In this document: in pieces, positions 27,739-36,535 of the stretch | How the letters are laid out: the number at the start of each line of letters is the position of its first letter | How positions within the stretch are numbered: position 1 is the stretch's first letter | Program-made: the position numbers and the translations under genes | Assembly: GCA_964388455.1 (NCBI GenBank) | Contig: CAYMAN010000001.1 | Coordinates: forward strand, 27,158-91,157 | Reading direction: 5' to 3' | Length of the DNA stretch: 64,000 bases | Source: an uncultured Eubacteriales bacterium | GTDB taxonomy: Bacteria; Actinomycetota; Coriobacteriia; Anaerosomatales; JAAXUF01 | The notes under the pieces: generated by a model | Told to the model about the DNA's origin: nothing | Database searches by the model: none | The model's input: only the letters and a program-made list of their open reading frames with translations

Positions 27739-28167
27739 CTAGACCCTGAAGCGCGCTCCGAAGGAGTCTTCGAGCGGCGGCGGCGGGTCACCAGTGTATG
27801 CGGCGACCGGTTTGAGTGAGACCCGCGGCGCGAACAGGATCGCTCCGACCACGGCGAGTATCGCGATCAACCACGTGAACGTGAGGGAATCGGCCCCACT
27901 AGGCACGATGCCGTTGGAACTGCTGGTGTTCACAACCCACTCGCCGGGGCAATCCGAGTACGCGCCACCCTGAGGCATGAACGGCATAGCACCCATGCCG
28001 ACGCCATTCATCTCGCAGCCGATCATCTGACACGTCGGCAGTACAACAGCAACCAAGGCCACGATGATGGCCAATGGCAACATAAAGCGCTGCATGTTGA
28101 CGTATCGGAACAATGATCCCCTATCGAGTTCCCGGCCCATTCTCAGCACCTTGAAGGCAAATTCCAT
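27739..28167 (-). CDS. two-TM membrane protein with a Met/Cys-rich extracytoplasmic loop; unknown function
   Basis: LPLAIIVALVAVVLPTCQMIGCEMNGVGMGAMPFMPQGGAYSDCPGEW... followed by a second TM FTWLIAILAVVGAILF. Start uncertain (M1, M10 or M25 of the track ORF). Confidence 0.45.
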   Translation of the reverse strand: MEFAFKVLRMGRELDRGSLFRYVNMQRFMLPLAIIVALVAVVLPTCQMIGCEMNGVGMGAMPFMPQGGAYSDCPGEWVVNTSSSNGIVPSGADSLTFTWLIAILAVVGAILFAPRVSLKPVAAYTGDPPPPLEDSFGARFRV

Positions 28168-28182
28168 GCCGAGAGGTGCGCT

Positions 28183-28581
28183 TTACTCGGCCGCAGTGAA
28201 TTCGAGTGCCACTGAGTTGATACAGTACCGCAAACCCGTCGGCTCAGGTCCGTCTGGGAAGACGTGCCCCAGATGTCCGTCGCACACGGCACACGTGACC
28301 TCGGTGCGGCTCATTCCAAAACTGAAGTCCTCGTGTTCGACAACCGCGCCCTCGCTTATCGGCGCCGAAAAGCTCGGCCACCCGCAGCCCGAGTGGAATT
28401 TGGTGTCTGACGAGAACAGCTCGGATCCGCATCCCGCACACGTGTAACGGCCGTCCTCGAAGTGGTCGGTGAACACACCAGAGAATGCGGGCTCGGTCCC
28501 GGCGCGACGCAGCACGCGGAACTGCTCGGAGGACAGGATCTCGCGCCATTCGTCATCTGTTCGCAGGAGTTTGTCTCGCAT
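28183..28581 (-). CDS. msrB: peptide-methionine (R)-S-oxide reductase
   Basis: SelR/MsrB signature: two CxxC pairs ([21 protein letters not shown]) and catalytic RYCINS. Start taken at ATG 28581 ([14 protein letters not shown]); 28611 is possible. Confidence 0.9.
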   Translation of the reverse strand: MRDKLLRTDDEWREILSSEQFRVLRRAGTEPAFSGVFTDHFEDGRYTCAGCGSELFSSDTKFHSGCGWPSFSAPISEGAVVEHEDFSFGMSRTEVTCAVCDGHLGHVFPDGPEPTGLRYCINSVALEFTAAE

Positions 28582-28744
28582 CGCGGTGCCTTTCGAGTGT
28601 GCGGCCGTCACTCATTCTATTCCCGTTGCGGGCGGCGTCATCCTCGGCACCCGAGTCGCCGCAGCCGTATGGTGGCGGCTGCGGTCTGCGGGTCAGGCCC
28701 GGTCGACGCCGGGGCAGGAGCTGATACTGAGCAGGACCCGGCGA

Positions 28745-29125
28745 CTAGATCGTCCGCCCGACGAGCATCCCCATCAGTACCGCAGCGATGCCCAGCACCA
28801 TGCTGCCGACCATGTTCGCGACTCCTTGAGCCACCATGCCGCGCTCAAGCAGTACCACCGTCTCATACGACAGCGCCGAGAACGTGGTGAACCCACCGAG
28901 CACGCCCACTCCCAGGAACAAGCGCATCTCCAGCGTCACCACGCCTCGATGTGCGGCAAGCGCCATGAGCAGCCCGAGAAGGAACGCGCCGGCGACATTG
29001 ATGACGAGAGTGTGCCACGGGAAGAACGAATTCCACCGCTGAGCGATCCACGTGCCGAGGACATAGCGCATCCCACCACCGATCGCGGCGCCAAGCATGA
29101 CCCCCAGAACGTTCGCGATTCTCAA
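28745..29125 (-). CDS. crcB: fluoride channel CrcB/FluC
   Basis: TTG 29125 with GGAGG 6 nt upstream (track start 29161 is an alternative). GTWIAQRW...FPWHTLVINVAGAFLLG and GVLGGFTTFSALSYE are typical CrcB motifs. Confidence 0.85.
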   Translation of the reverse strand: MRIANVLGVMLGAAIGGGMRYVLGTWIAQRWNSFFPWHTLVINVAGAFLLGLLMALAAHRGVVTLEMRLFLGVGVLGGFTTFSALSYETVVLLERGMVAQGVANMVGSMVLGIAAVLMGMLVGRTI

Positions 29126-29167
29126 ACCCGGCCTCCGATAAGCGACAACCCTGCGGAGCATTCTAGG

Positions 29168-29851
29168 CTATGCGCCCTGTCCGCCAACCGGAGCGGCGGA
29201 GCTCTCCTCACTGTTCGCGCTCGCAGCGCTCGTCGCGAGCCGTTTGCAACGCTCGAGCTCGTCGCGAAGGATGGGCGACGCGGGAACGGAGGTCTCCTCG
29301 TAGGCGAGGCTGAAGTCCGCGCAGAACTTCTGGGCCTTCTCGCGATACTGCGCGAGATCCTCCTCGGCCAGGCCGGTGTTGAAGAAGAGGCCTCGCTTGT
29401 AGTGGGTGAAGAGGCGCTTGGCCATCTCCATGGGGTCGCGGCCGTACTTGGCTGCGCGGTCAAGCTTGAGCTCCTTGATTACCATGTGCGCGCTGACCTC
29501 GGCCCAGCCGGGACTCATGAACCAGGTGCCGACCTCGTGCTCGATCTCTGCCGCGTAGCGCTCCGGGGTGAGCATGAACATGATGCAGTCGTCGTACGGC
29601 GGCAGCACGGTGGGCACGTTGACCAGCAGTTCGATGTCCTTGAGCGACTGGCAGTAGCCATAGCCGAGGAAGACCGCGTCGACCTTGCCCTCAAGCTCGT
29701 TGATCTGCTCGACGATGGCGTCGCGCATGCGCTCCGGGTAGATGTGCAGCGCCGCCTCGAGCCAGACGACCTCCGTGATGTCGGGGTCGTTCTCGATGAG
29801 CGCAGCAATCTCGTTCTTGATCATGTCGCAGGCGATGACGGCGATTCGCAT
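29168..29851 (-). CDS. DUF1638-domain protein
   Basis: 227 aa. MRIAVIACDMIKNEI...AVFLGYGYCQSL...YDDCIMFML. Recalled family association with corrinoid methyltransferase loci, not verified here. Confidence 0.7.
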   Translation of the reverse strand: MRIAVIACDMIKNEIAALIENDPDITEVVWLEAALHIYPERMRDAIVEQINELEGKVDAVFLGYGYCQSLKDIELLVNVPTVLPPYDDCIMFMLTPERYAAEIEHEVGTWFMSPGWAEVSAHMVIKELKLDRAAKYGRDPMEMAKRLFTHYKRGLFFNTGLAEEDLAQYREKAQKFCADFSLAYEETSVPASPILRDELERCKRLATSAASANSEESSAAPVGGQGA

Positions 29852-29875
29852 GTGTGGGGCCGCTTTCTGCGAGTG

Positions 29876-31501
29876 TCAGCCGGCCGAGCGCGGAAAGCGC
29901 ATGGCCGAGACGAATCGGGTCTGGAACTCCGGGTGCCCGGCGAGGTCGACGGCGGTCACGTGACGCGCGATCGACTCGGCGCGGCGACGGGTGGCAGTGT
30001 CGAGCAGCGCCATGAGCGTGCCGGTCATGGCGGTGTTTCCCGCGAAGGTCACGCGATCGTGCCATGCCGAGGGAATCATGCCCATGCGCACGATCGCAGA
30101 GGCCTTCACGTGGAAACCGAAGCCGCCTGCGATGATGAGCTCGTCGACGTCTGCCGCGTCCACCTCGGCGGCGTCGAGAAGCATGTCGATGCCTGAGGCG
30201 ATGGCCGCGTTGGCGAGCTGCACCTGGCGCACGTCACGTTGCGTGAGGAATACGCTGGGCGTGATCTCGAAGGCGCGGGTGCCCTCGCGCTCCGAGACGC
30301 GGGTGGCAAGGGGATGTGCGACGTCGCCGCGCAGTCGGCCGGAGTGGTCGAGGACGCCGGCGTCGAGGAGCACCGCGATGAGGTCGAGCAGGCCGCTGCC
30401 GCACAACCCGCGGGGGGTGGTGCCGCCGATGGTCTCGATCGCGAGGCAGCCGGAGTCGTCCAGCGACACGCGCTCGACGGCGCCCTCCTCGGCGCGCATG
30501 CCGTAGGCGATGCTGGCGCCCTCGAGCGCGGGGCCGGCGGCGGTCGACGCGGCGACGAGGCCGCTCGGGGTGCGCAGCACCATCTCGCCGTTGGTGCCCA
30601 GGTCGACCAGCAGGACCATGCGCTCGTGCTCGGCGATGTGGGTGGCGACGAGCCCGGCCGTGATGTCCGCTCCCACGAACGCGGAGATTCCCGGCAGCAC
30701 ATACACGCCAGCCGCCGAGAGACCCGCGAGACCGACCTCAGCGGCGGGGCGCTCCAGTGGATCGAGGAACGCAGGCTCGTAGGGCGCGATGCCGAGCGGC
30801 GCCGGATCGAACCCGAGCAGCAGGTGGACCATAGTGGTGTTGCCCGCGATGGAGACCTCTCGGACACGCTCTACGGGCTGGCCGATGGCGGCAAGCACTT
30901 CGCCCACCAGCGTCTCGATGGCAGCGGCGATCGGTGCGCGCAGCGACTCAGTGCCGTGCGCAGCCACGTGTGTGATGCGCGACATGACATCGTGCCCGAA
31001 GGGATGCTGCGGGTTGAGCGCCGACGCCGAGCCCAGCCGCTCGCCGGACTCGAGGTCGTGAAGCGCGACCACCACCGTGGTGGTGCCGATGTCGACCACC
31101 GCGCCCAGCAGCGGCCCATCGCCGACGATGCCGCGGGCGGACGGCGGCTCGATCGCGAGCTCGCCTTGCTCGCCGGCCTCCACGATGCGCAGTCCGGCCG
31201 CGCCGACAGGCGATCCGTCGAGGGCTCGCACGATCACGTCGCCCGCCACGCGCGCGCGACACGCCAGCCTGATCCCCGCCGAGAGGCTGTCCGCGCCCAA
31301 GAGCACGCGCTCGTCCGCTGACGCGCTGGCGAGCTCGCCCTGCGCCCTGACTGCGCAGCGGCCGCACGTCCCGAGGCCACCGCAAGGCGCGTCGAGCGCG
31401 ACCCCGCCAGCAGCTGCAGCGTCTTTGATTGTGGTGCCGAGCTCGACGAGGACACGAATCCCCGACGGCTCGAATGTGATTGTGGCAAATGGCTCTGACA
31501 T
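29876..31501 (-). CDS. reductive activator of corrinoid enzymes (RACE/RACo-type: 2Fe-2S ferredoxin domain plus ASKHA ATPase domain)
   Basis: 541 aa. N-terminal plant-type ferredoxin motif DAPCGGLGTCGRCAV...LACRARV. ASKHA blocks VVDIGTTTV and LLVDLGTNGEMV. Confidence 0.85.
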   Translation of the reverse strand: MSEPFATITFEPSGIRVLVELGTTIKDAAAAGGVALDAPCGGLGTCGRCAVRAQGELASASADERVLLGADSLSAGIRLACRARVAGDVIVRALDGSPVGAAGLRIVEAGEQGELAIEPPSARGIVGDGPLLGAVVDIGTTTVVVALHDLESGERLGSASALNPQHPFGHDVMSRITHVAAHGTESLRAPIAAAIETLVGEVLAAIGQPVERVREVSIAGNTTMVHLLLGFDPAPLGIAPYEPAFLDPLERPAAEVGLAGLSAAGVYVLPGISAFVGADITAGLVATHIAEHERMVLLVDLGTNGEMVLRTPSGLVAASTAAGPALEGASIAYGMRAEEGAVERVSLDDSGCLAIETIGGTTPRGLCGSGLLDLIAVLLDAGVLDHSGRLRGDVAHPLATRVSEREGTRAFEITPSVFLTQRDVRQVQLANAAIASGIDMLLDAAEVDAADVDELIIAGGFGFHVKASAIVRMGMIPSAWHDRVTFAGNTAMTGTLMALLDTATRRRAESIARHVTAVDLAGHPEFQTRFVSAMRFPRSAG

Positions 31502-31525
31502 TGAGGTTCCTCGGTGAGCGGACGG

Positions 31526-33595
31526 CTAGAGAAGTGGCGGACCGGATGCTGTGGCCACCACCGTGAGCTCGACGAAGACGTCATCGTCGGCACGTGTCTG
31601 GCGCGCCAGCACCTCGTCGTGGGTGAGCGACACGATGGCATCGGGGGCGCCAGCGGCGTGGGCGGCCGCGATCGCCGCCTCACTCGCGAGCTCTTCGGCA
31701 CGGCGCCGCGCGGTGGCGTAATCGGGGTAACGCTCACGCACGGCAGGCGTGATGACCACGAAGTTCTCGTCGGGTTCGGCCTTGACCTTGGCCTCGGCGC
31801 GCTCCAGCACACGTCCCGCGAGCGCGCCGTATGCGTTGGCGACCTCGGCATGCGGCGGGATGACAAGCTCCGAGGCGAGCAGCGCGTTCGCTCCCGGGAA
31901 CCACGCAGCGACCGGCGCACCCACCGCGACGAGCGGCACACCCAACCCGACCTGCACGCGCAGCACGCCGCTCCTTCCGGACGCGAGCTGATGCGTGAGC
32001 AGCCCGATCTCCGCCGAGGAGGGCTCGGTGCCGGCGGTGTCGGCGGCTAGCGCACGGGCAGCGAGCTCAAGCGCCAGCCGGGCGCCGACAGCCTCGCGCA
32101 CGCGAGCCGCGAGTGCGTCCGGCCGCAGCCGAGCGACGCTCGCGAGCAGGCGCAGCCCGAGCGTGGACGCCGCCGCGTCGCCCAGCGCGAGGTCTCCTGA
32201 AGCCGCGAGAACGTCGGTCGGAGTGAGCGCGATCTCCGCGAGATGCCCCGCACGCACGAGGGCGTCGAGGTCGATGAATGGCCCTCCAACACGCACGACC
32301 TCACCGATGTGCACCGCGCGGCCCTCGAGCAGCGCGAACACGTCGGACATGCGGGTTGAACTCTCGCGGTCCGGGCGGCTTCCGGGGCGCTTCACCAGCG
32401 TGAGGAAGAGAGGCTCCTCAGCCAGCTCGTCTTTCGACGCGAGCGCCGCGAACCGCTCAAGTTCGCCGAGGAGCTCGGGGAACTTCTCGGCGGCGGTGCA
32501 AAGTGGTACGGCTCGGTCGGGGCCGAGGGTGACGCGACCATCGGAGTCGACGCGGACTCGGCTGTCGCCTCCCAAGCCCACGGTGCGCACGTCGAGCGCC
32601 TGGACGCGCGTGCGCCAGCCGCCCACGAGCGCGCCCTCGGGGCTGACCTCGGGCATCCCGCCGGCGACGAACGCTATGTCGGTGGTGGTGCCGCCCATGT
32701 CGGCGACGATCGCGGAGGTGAGGCCGGAGAGCCGGCACGCGCCCACGACGCTCGCGGCGGGACCGGACAACACGGTGTCGACGGGGCGCAGGCGCGCGAC
32801 CGTCTCGGCGGTCAGAGAGCCATCGCCTTTGACGACCATGAGCGGCGCGTCGATGCCGAACTCGCCAAGGGTGGTGCGCACCGCGTCGAGCAGGTCGCGG
32901 ACGAGGGGCAGCAGGCGTGCGTTGAGTGCGGCGGTCGTGGCGCGCTCAACCATGCCGATGCGCTGCGAGAGCTCGTGACCGCAGACCACGGGTGCGGCGC
33001 ACGTGTTTGCGATCAGCGCGCGGACGGCGACCTCGTGCTCCGCATTCGCGACGCTGAAGAAGGCCGAGACCGCGAACGCGTCCACCGAGGAGGCCATGCG
33101 CGCGACTGCGGCCTCTGCGGCAGCGACGTCGAGGGGCGTGCGAAGCGAGCCGTCGGGGGCGTGAGCGCCGGCGATGACCGCCACGTCGGCAGCGGGTAGG
33201 CCGCCGGGCAGCGAGAACGTCGCGGGGTCAGGCACTGCGATGATGAGGCCGACGCGCGCACCCTTGCCTTCGACCACCGCGTTTGTGGCAAGCGTGGTCG
33301 ACAGCGACACGAGCTCGACGCCGGGCAGCAGACCCGCGTCGATCGCACCCAGCGCGTCGCGGATCCCGATGGCCAGATCCTCGCGCGTGGTGGGCCGCTT
33401 GGCCTTCGCGAGTATCTCGCCAGTGCCGAGGTCGACCGCGACCGCATCGGTGAACGTGCCCCCGGTGTCAATGCCCAGTCCCAGCGGACTCCGCCGCTGA
33501 GACTGGCTCGCTTCGAGCCGACGGCTGCGCCGCGGCTCAAGCTCGCCCCGAAGCTCTGCTATCGGGCCGCCCTGTGGGGCTTGCTTCTCGGACAC
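31526..33595 (-). CDS. hydantoinase/oxoprolinase A (HyuA)-family ASKHA ATPase, with no HyuB partner in the window
   Basis: 689 aa. GTG start 1 nt after the upstream stop. LGIDTGGTFTDAVAV, IVADMGGTTTDIAFV. A ~40-aa Arg/Glu/Gln-rich N-terminal extension makes the exact start uncertain. Confidence 0.8.
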   Translation of the reverse strand: MSEKQAPQGGPIAELRGELEPRRSRRLEASQSQRRSPLGLGIDTGGTFTDAVAVDLGTGEILAKAKRPTTREDLAIGIRDALGAIDAGLLPGVELVSLSTTLATNAVVEGKGARVGLIIAVPDPATFSLPGGLPAADVAVIAGAHAPDGSLRTPLDVAAAEAAVARMASSVDAFAVSAFFSVANAEHEVAVRALIANTCAAPVVCGHELSQRIGMVERATTAALNARLLPLVRDLLDAVRTTLGEFGIDAPLMVVKGDGSLTAETVARLRPVDTVLSGPAASVVGACRLSGLTSAIVADMGGTTTDIAFVAGGMPEVSPEGALVGGWRTRVQALDVRTVGLGGDSRVRVDSDGRVTLGPDRAVPLCTAAEKFPELLGELERFAALASKDELAEEPLFLTLVKRPGSRPDRESSTRMSDVFALLEGRAVHIGEVVRVGGPFIDLDALVRAGHLAEIALTPTDVLAASGDLALGDAAASTLGLRLLASVARLRPDALAARVREAVGARLALELAARALAADTAGTEPSSAEIGLLTHQLASGRSGVLRVQVGLGVPLVAVGAPVAAWFPGANALLASELVIPPHAEVANAYGALAGRVLERAEAKVKAEPDENFVVITPAVRERYPDYATARRRAEELASEAAIAAAHAAGAPDAIVSLTHDEVLARQTRADDDVFVELTVVATASGPPLL

Positions 33596-33596
33596 G

Positions 33597-34667
33597 CTAC
33601 GCCACGTTGTGGCCGTCGTAGCGACCGTACTTGCGGGCGGCCATGATCAGCGCGTCGATGTTCTCGGGCGGGGTGTTGATGGGCACTTCGCAGCCTGAGC
33701 CGAGGATGAAGCCCGCGGGCGAGTCGAGCATGCCTTCGCAGATGCCCTTGGCCTCGGCGTCGATCTGTTCGGGGGTGTTGTTGAGAAGGTTGGCGGGGAC
33801 GACGTTGCCCACGAGCACCACGCGGTGCCCGGCTGCTTCCTTGGCCTCGGCGAGGTTGACGGCGTCCAGGCTCCACAGGTCGAAGTCGGCGTCGAGCATG
33901 ACCTCCCAGTTGGGTTTGGTCTTGCCGCAGATGTGCAGGCCGGCGAGCGGGGCACCGGCAGCGTGCAGATGATCGGCGACGCGCTTGAGGTACGGCGCCA
34001 CGAACTCGGTGAAGTGCTTGGGCGACACGAGCGAACCCGAGCCGATGGGCTCGACCACGAACGGCAGGCCGCCGCGCTTGAGGATCGCGTCGATGAAGCG
34101 AATGTTGGCCTGTGTCGTCAGCTCGAGTAGCTCGTGGACCTGCGCTTTGTTCTTGTACAGGTCGCGGCTCATCACATCGAGTGGACGCAGCGCCGCCGCC
34201 GTAGTGAACGGGCCGCCCAGAACCACTGAGACGACCACCTCCCCGCCGACCTCCTTCACGCAGTGCTCGAGCGCCTCGAGGTAGATTGGCAGGCGGCCGT
34301 CCTTCTCGGGATCGGGCATGGTGATCTTGGAGAAGTCGAAGCCGTCCTCGAGCGGGAACACGTCGATCTGCGGCGCGTCCTCATCGAAGAACTTCATGGT
34401 GGTGCCCATGGACTCGGCGAGCGTGGAGGTCGTCGAGAAGATGGTGATGATGTCGTTGCCGTAGCGGCGGAACGCGGCGACGTGGGCCTCGCCCATGAGC
34501 TTGCCGCTGCGGTTGTACTCGCCCACCTTGATGCCGGTGACGCGCGCGGCGTGGTTCAGGATGAGCGGGAAGCAGGCGACGCGCTGCGGGTGCTCGCCCT
34601 TCAGGTAGCTGACGACGCGCTCGAGCGAGTTCTGGGTATCGGCGGGGATGTCGAATGTGGTGGTCAT
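33597..34667 (-). CDS. URO-D-family (MtaA/MtbA-like) corrinoid methyltransferase, copy 2
   Basis: ATG 34667 (MTTTFDIPADTQNS) inside track ORF 33597..34715. Zn-site-like motifs GLHICGKT and LGSGCEVP. Confidence 0.8.
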   Translation of the reverse strand: MTTTFDIPADTQNSLERVVSYLKGEHPQRVACFPLILNHAARVTGIKVGEYNRSGKLMGEAHVAAFRRYGNDIITIFSTTSTLAESMGTTMKFFDEDAPQIDVFPLEDGFDFSKITMPDPEKDGRLPIYLEALEHCVKEVGGEVVVSVVLGGPFTTAAALRPLDVMSRDLYKNKAQVHELLELTTQANIRFIDAILKRGGLPFVVEPIGSGSLVSPKHFTEFVAPYLKRVADHLHAAGAPLAGLHICGKTKPNWEVMLDADFDLWSLDAVNLAEAKEAAGHRVVLVGNVVPANLLNNTPEQIDAEAKGICEGMLDSPAGFILGSGCEVPINTPPENIDALIMAARKYGRYDGHNVA

Positions 34668-34761
34668 GGCCACGGGTCCTTTCGGCGTGGGTTCAGGTGC
34701 TCGCGGGCGATTCAAGTGCCGCGCCGGATGCGACCCGTTCGCAGGCCGCGGTACCGGCGGT

Positions 34762-35421
34762 CTAGGCAGCTGTGCTCGCGAACAACTCGGTCGCGACGCG
34801 CACGGCGCCGGCTGCGTTGTCGGCGTAACCGTCGGCGCCGATGCGGTCAGCGAACGAGCGGCTGATGGGGCCGCCGCCGATCATGACCTTGAAGCGGTCG
34901 CGGATGCCCTCTTCTTCGAGCATCTGGATGACCGAAGCCATGCCGTCCATGGTCGTGGTCATGAGCGTCGAGAGGCAGATGAGCTGCGAGTTCGTCGCCT
35001 TGGCCTTCTCGATGAACTCCGCGAGTGGCACGTCTCGGCCCAGGTCGTGGACCTCGAAACCGGCCACGTCGAGCATGATCTTGACCAGGTTCTTGCCGAT
35101 GTCGTGCGTGTCACCCTTGACCACGCCGATGACGCACCCGATCTTCTCGGCACGGTCCGAGGCCTTGATGTGTGGCTTGAGCACGTCGAGCGCGGCATAC
35201 ATCGCGTCCGAGCAGATCAGCAGCTCGGGGACGAAGTACTCCTCCTCGTCGTAGAGGCGACCGGCCTCGTTCATGCCCACGACGAGCCCGTGCGTGATGG
35301 CATCGTAGGCGTCGAGTCCGGCTTCGACCGCTTCGTGCGCGGTGGCCACTGCGAGGTCCTCGTCGAGCTCCAGTACCCCTTTGGCGAGATCGGCGAGGAT
35401 TTCTTCGTTCGAACGCGGCAT
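34762..35421 (-). CDS. cobalamin-binding corrinoid protein
   Basis: 219 aa. B12-binding DxHxxG motif (VVKGDTHDIGKNLV), with SxL (LSTLMTTT) and GG (MIGGGP) elements. N-terminal helical cap domain. Confidence 0.9.
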   Translation of the reverse strand: MPRSNEEILADLAKGVLELDEDLAVATAHEAVEAGLDAYDAITHGLVVGMNEAGRLYDEEEYFVPELLICSDAMYAALDVLKPHIKASDRAEKIGCVIGVVKGDTHDIGKNLVKIMLDVAGFEVHDLGRDVPLAEFIEKAKATNSQLICLSTLMTTTMDGMASVIQMLEEEGIRDRFKVMIGGGPISRSFADRIGADGYADNAAGAVRVATELFASTAA

Positions 35422-35467
35422 GCTCGTACCCTTCTCGGTTCGGTCGCCGGATCAGGCGGCCTGTGGT

Positions 35468-36535
35468 CTATGCGGTGGCGAGCTCGCGGAGCTCGACGGA
35501 TTCCTCGGATGGCAGCGTGCCGGAGACTACGTCGGCGATTGCACGGATGTTGGCAACGGGGGTGCGCGGGCCGATGCCGCACGCTGGTGCCACGATGTCG
35601 ACGCCGTCACGCATGCGGGCAGCGGCGACCTGGCGCAGCGTGCCTGCCTTGCCGTACTCGAGCAGGTACGTGCTCACGTTGCCCATGGTCACGTGCTCGG
35701 GCGCAAGCGCACGCAGCGTGCGGAAGGACACGTTGCTGTCGATGCTGATCGCCGGCGCGGAGATCTCGGCCAGTGCGCCGCGCAGTGCTTTCACATCCCC
35801 GCAGATGTGCACGATCGACAGCACGCCGCGCCCAGCGAAGTGGTCGACGATGCGATTCACGTACGGCAGCGCGAAGGCCTCGAACGCCTTGGCGCCGATG
35901 AGCTCGCCGGTGCCGCTCGGGTCGGCTATGCAGATGGTGTCGGCGCCTGCGTCCACGAGCGCGTCACCCAGCGCAATCGCGGCCTCGGCGGACACCTCGA
36001 GCAGCGCGTGCGCGGCGGTGGGGTCGCGGCGCATTGCTCGATAGAATTCCAGGGGATCGGCGAGCGATGTCGCCAGGGAGATCGGGCCGGTGAGGCTCGC
36101 AATCATGGGCATGTCGGATCGCTCGGCGACGAGCAGTCTCGTGGCCGATACGGCGACGGCAGCCCTGCCGCGCGTCGCGTCGAATGCGTCGAGGCGGTCG
36201 ACGTCGGCCAACGCATCGAGCGCGTACCCGGTGACTCTCGGCTCCGTCTTGGCGTCGCCCAGATCGACAGGCGCGCCCATTCCCTCGGCTTCGATCGTCA
36301 TGCAGAAGGGTGTGCCGAGATTCTCGACGCCTGCGACGTCCGCCATGCCGAGGACGAGGCGAGCCATGCTCTCGGCGTCGGAGTGTGCGCGGGGCCACGA
36401 CTCCCCCACCGCTTCCATCACGTCGGTGACGGCCATATTCATCATGCCACCGGGGCAGATGAACGGCGCGCGGTCCACGGGGGTTCGTGCAAGAACCGCG
36501 CGTAGTCGCTGCTTTGGGGTGATGGAGCTGGTCAC
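35468..36535 (-). CDS. URO-D-family (MtaA/MtbA-like) corrinoid methyltransferase, copy 1
   Basis: GTG 36535 (VTSSITPKQRLRAVLARTPVDRAPF, a family-typical N-terminus). The track start 36586 is a TTG. Zn-site-like motifs IVHICGDV and APACGIG. Confidence 0.8.
   Translation of the reverse strand: MTSSITPKQRLRAVLARTPVDRAPFICPGGMMNMAVTDVMEAVGESWPRAHSDAESMARLVLGMADVAGVENLGTPFCMTIEAEGMGAPVDLGDAKTEPRVTGYALDALADVDRLDAFDATRGRAAVAVSATRLLVAERSDMPMIASLTGPISLATSLADPLEFYRAMRRDPTAAHALLEVSAEAAIALGDALVDAGADTICIADPSGTGELIGAKAFEAFALPYVNRIVDHFAGRGVLSIVHICGDVKALRGALAEISAPAISIDSNVSFRTLRALAPEHVTMGNVSTYLLEYGKAGTLRQVAAARMRDGVDIVAPACGIGPRTPVANIRAIADVVSGTLPSEESVELRELATA

Noticed and set aside
29126-29167. Fluoride riboswitch upstream of crcB
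   Set aside because: Only 6 to 42 nt separate crcB from the preceding gene, and nothing there resembles the crcB-motif RNA. crcB looks co-transcribed with the upstream operon.
28469-30196. 575-aa plus-strand ORF spanning crcB, DUF1638 and part of the RACE gene
   Set aside because: It overlaps three well-supported minus-strand genes. It has no SD, and its sequence is low-complexity and Arg/His/Glu-rich.
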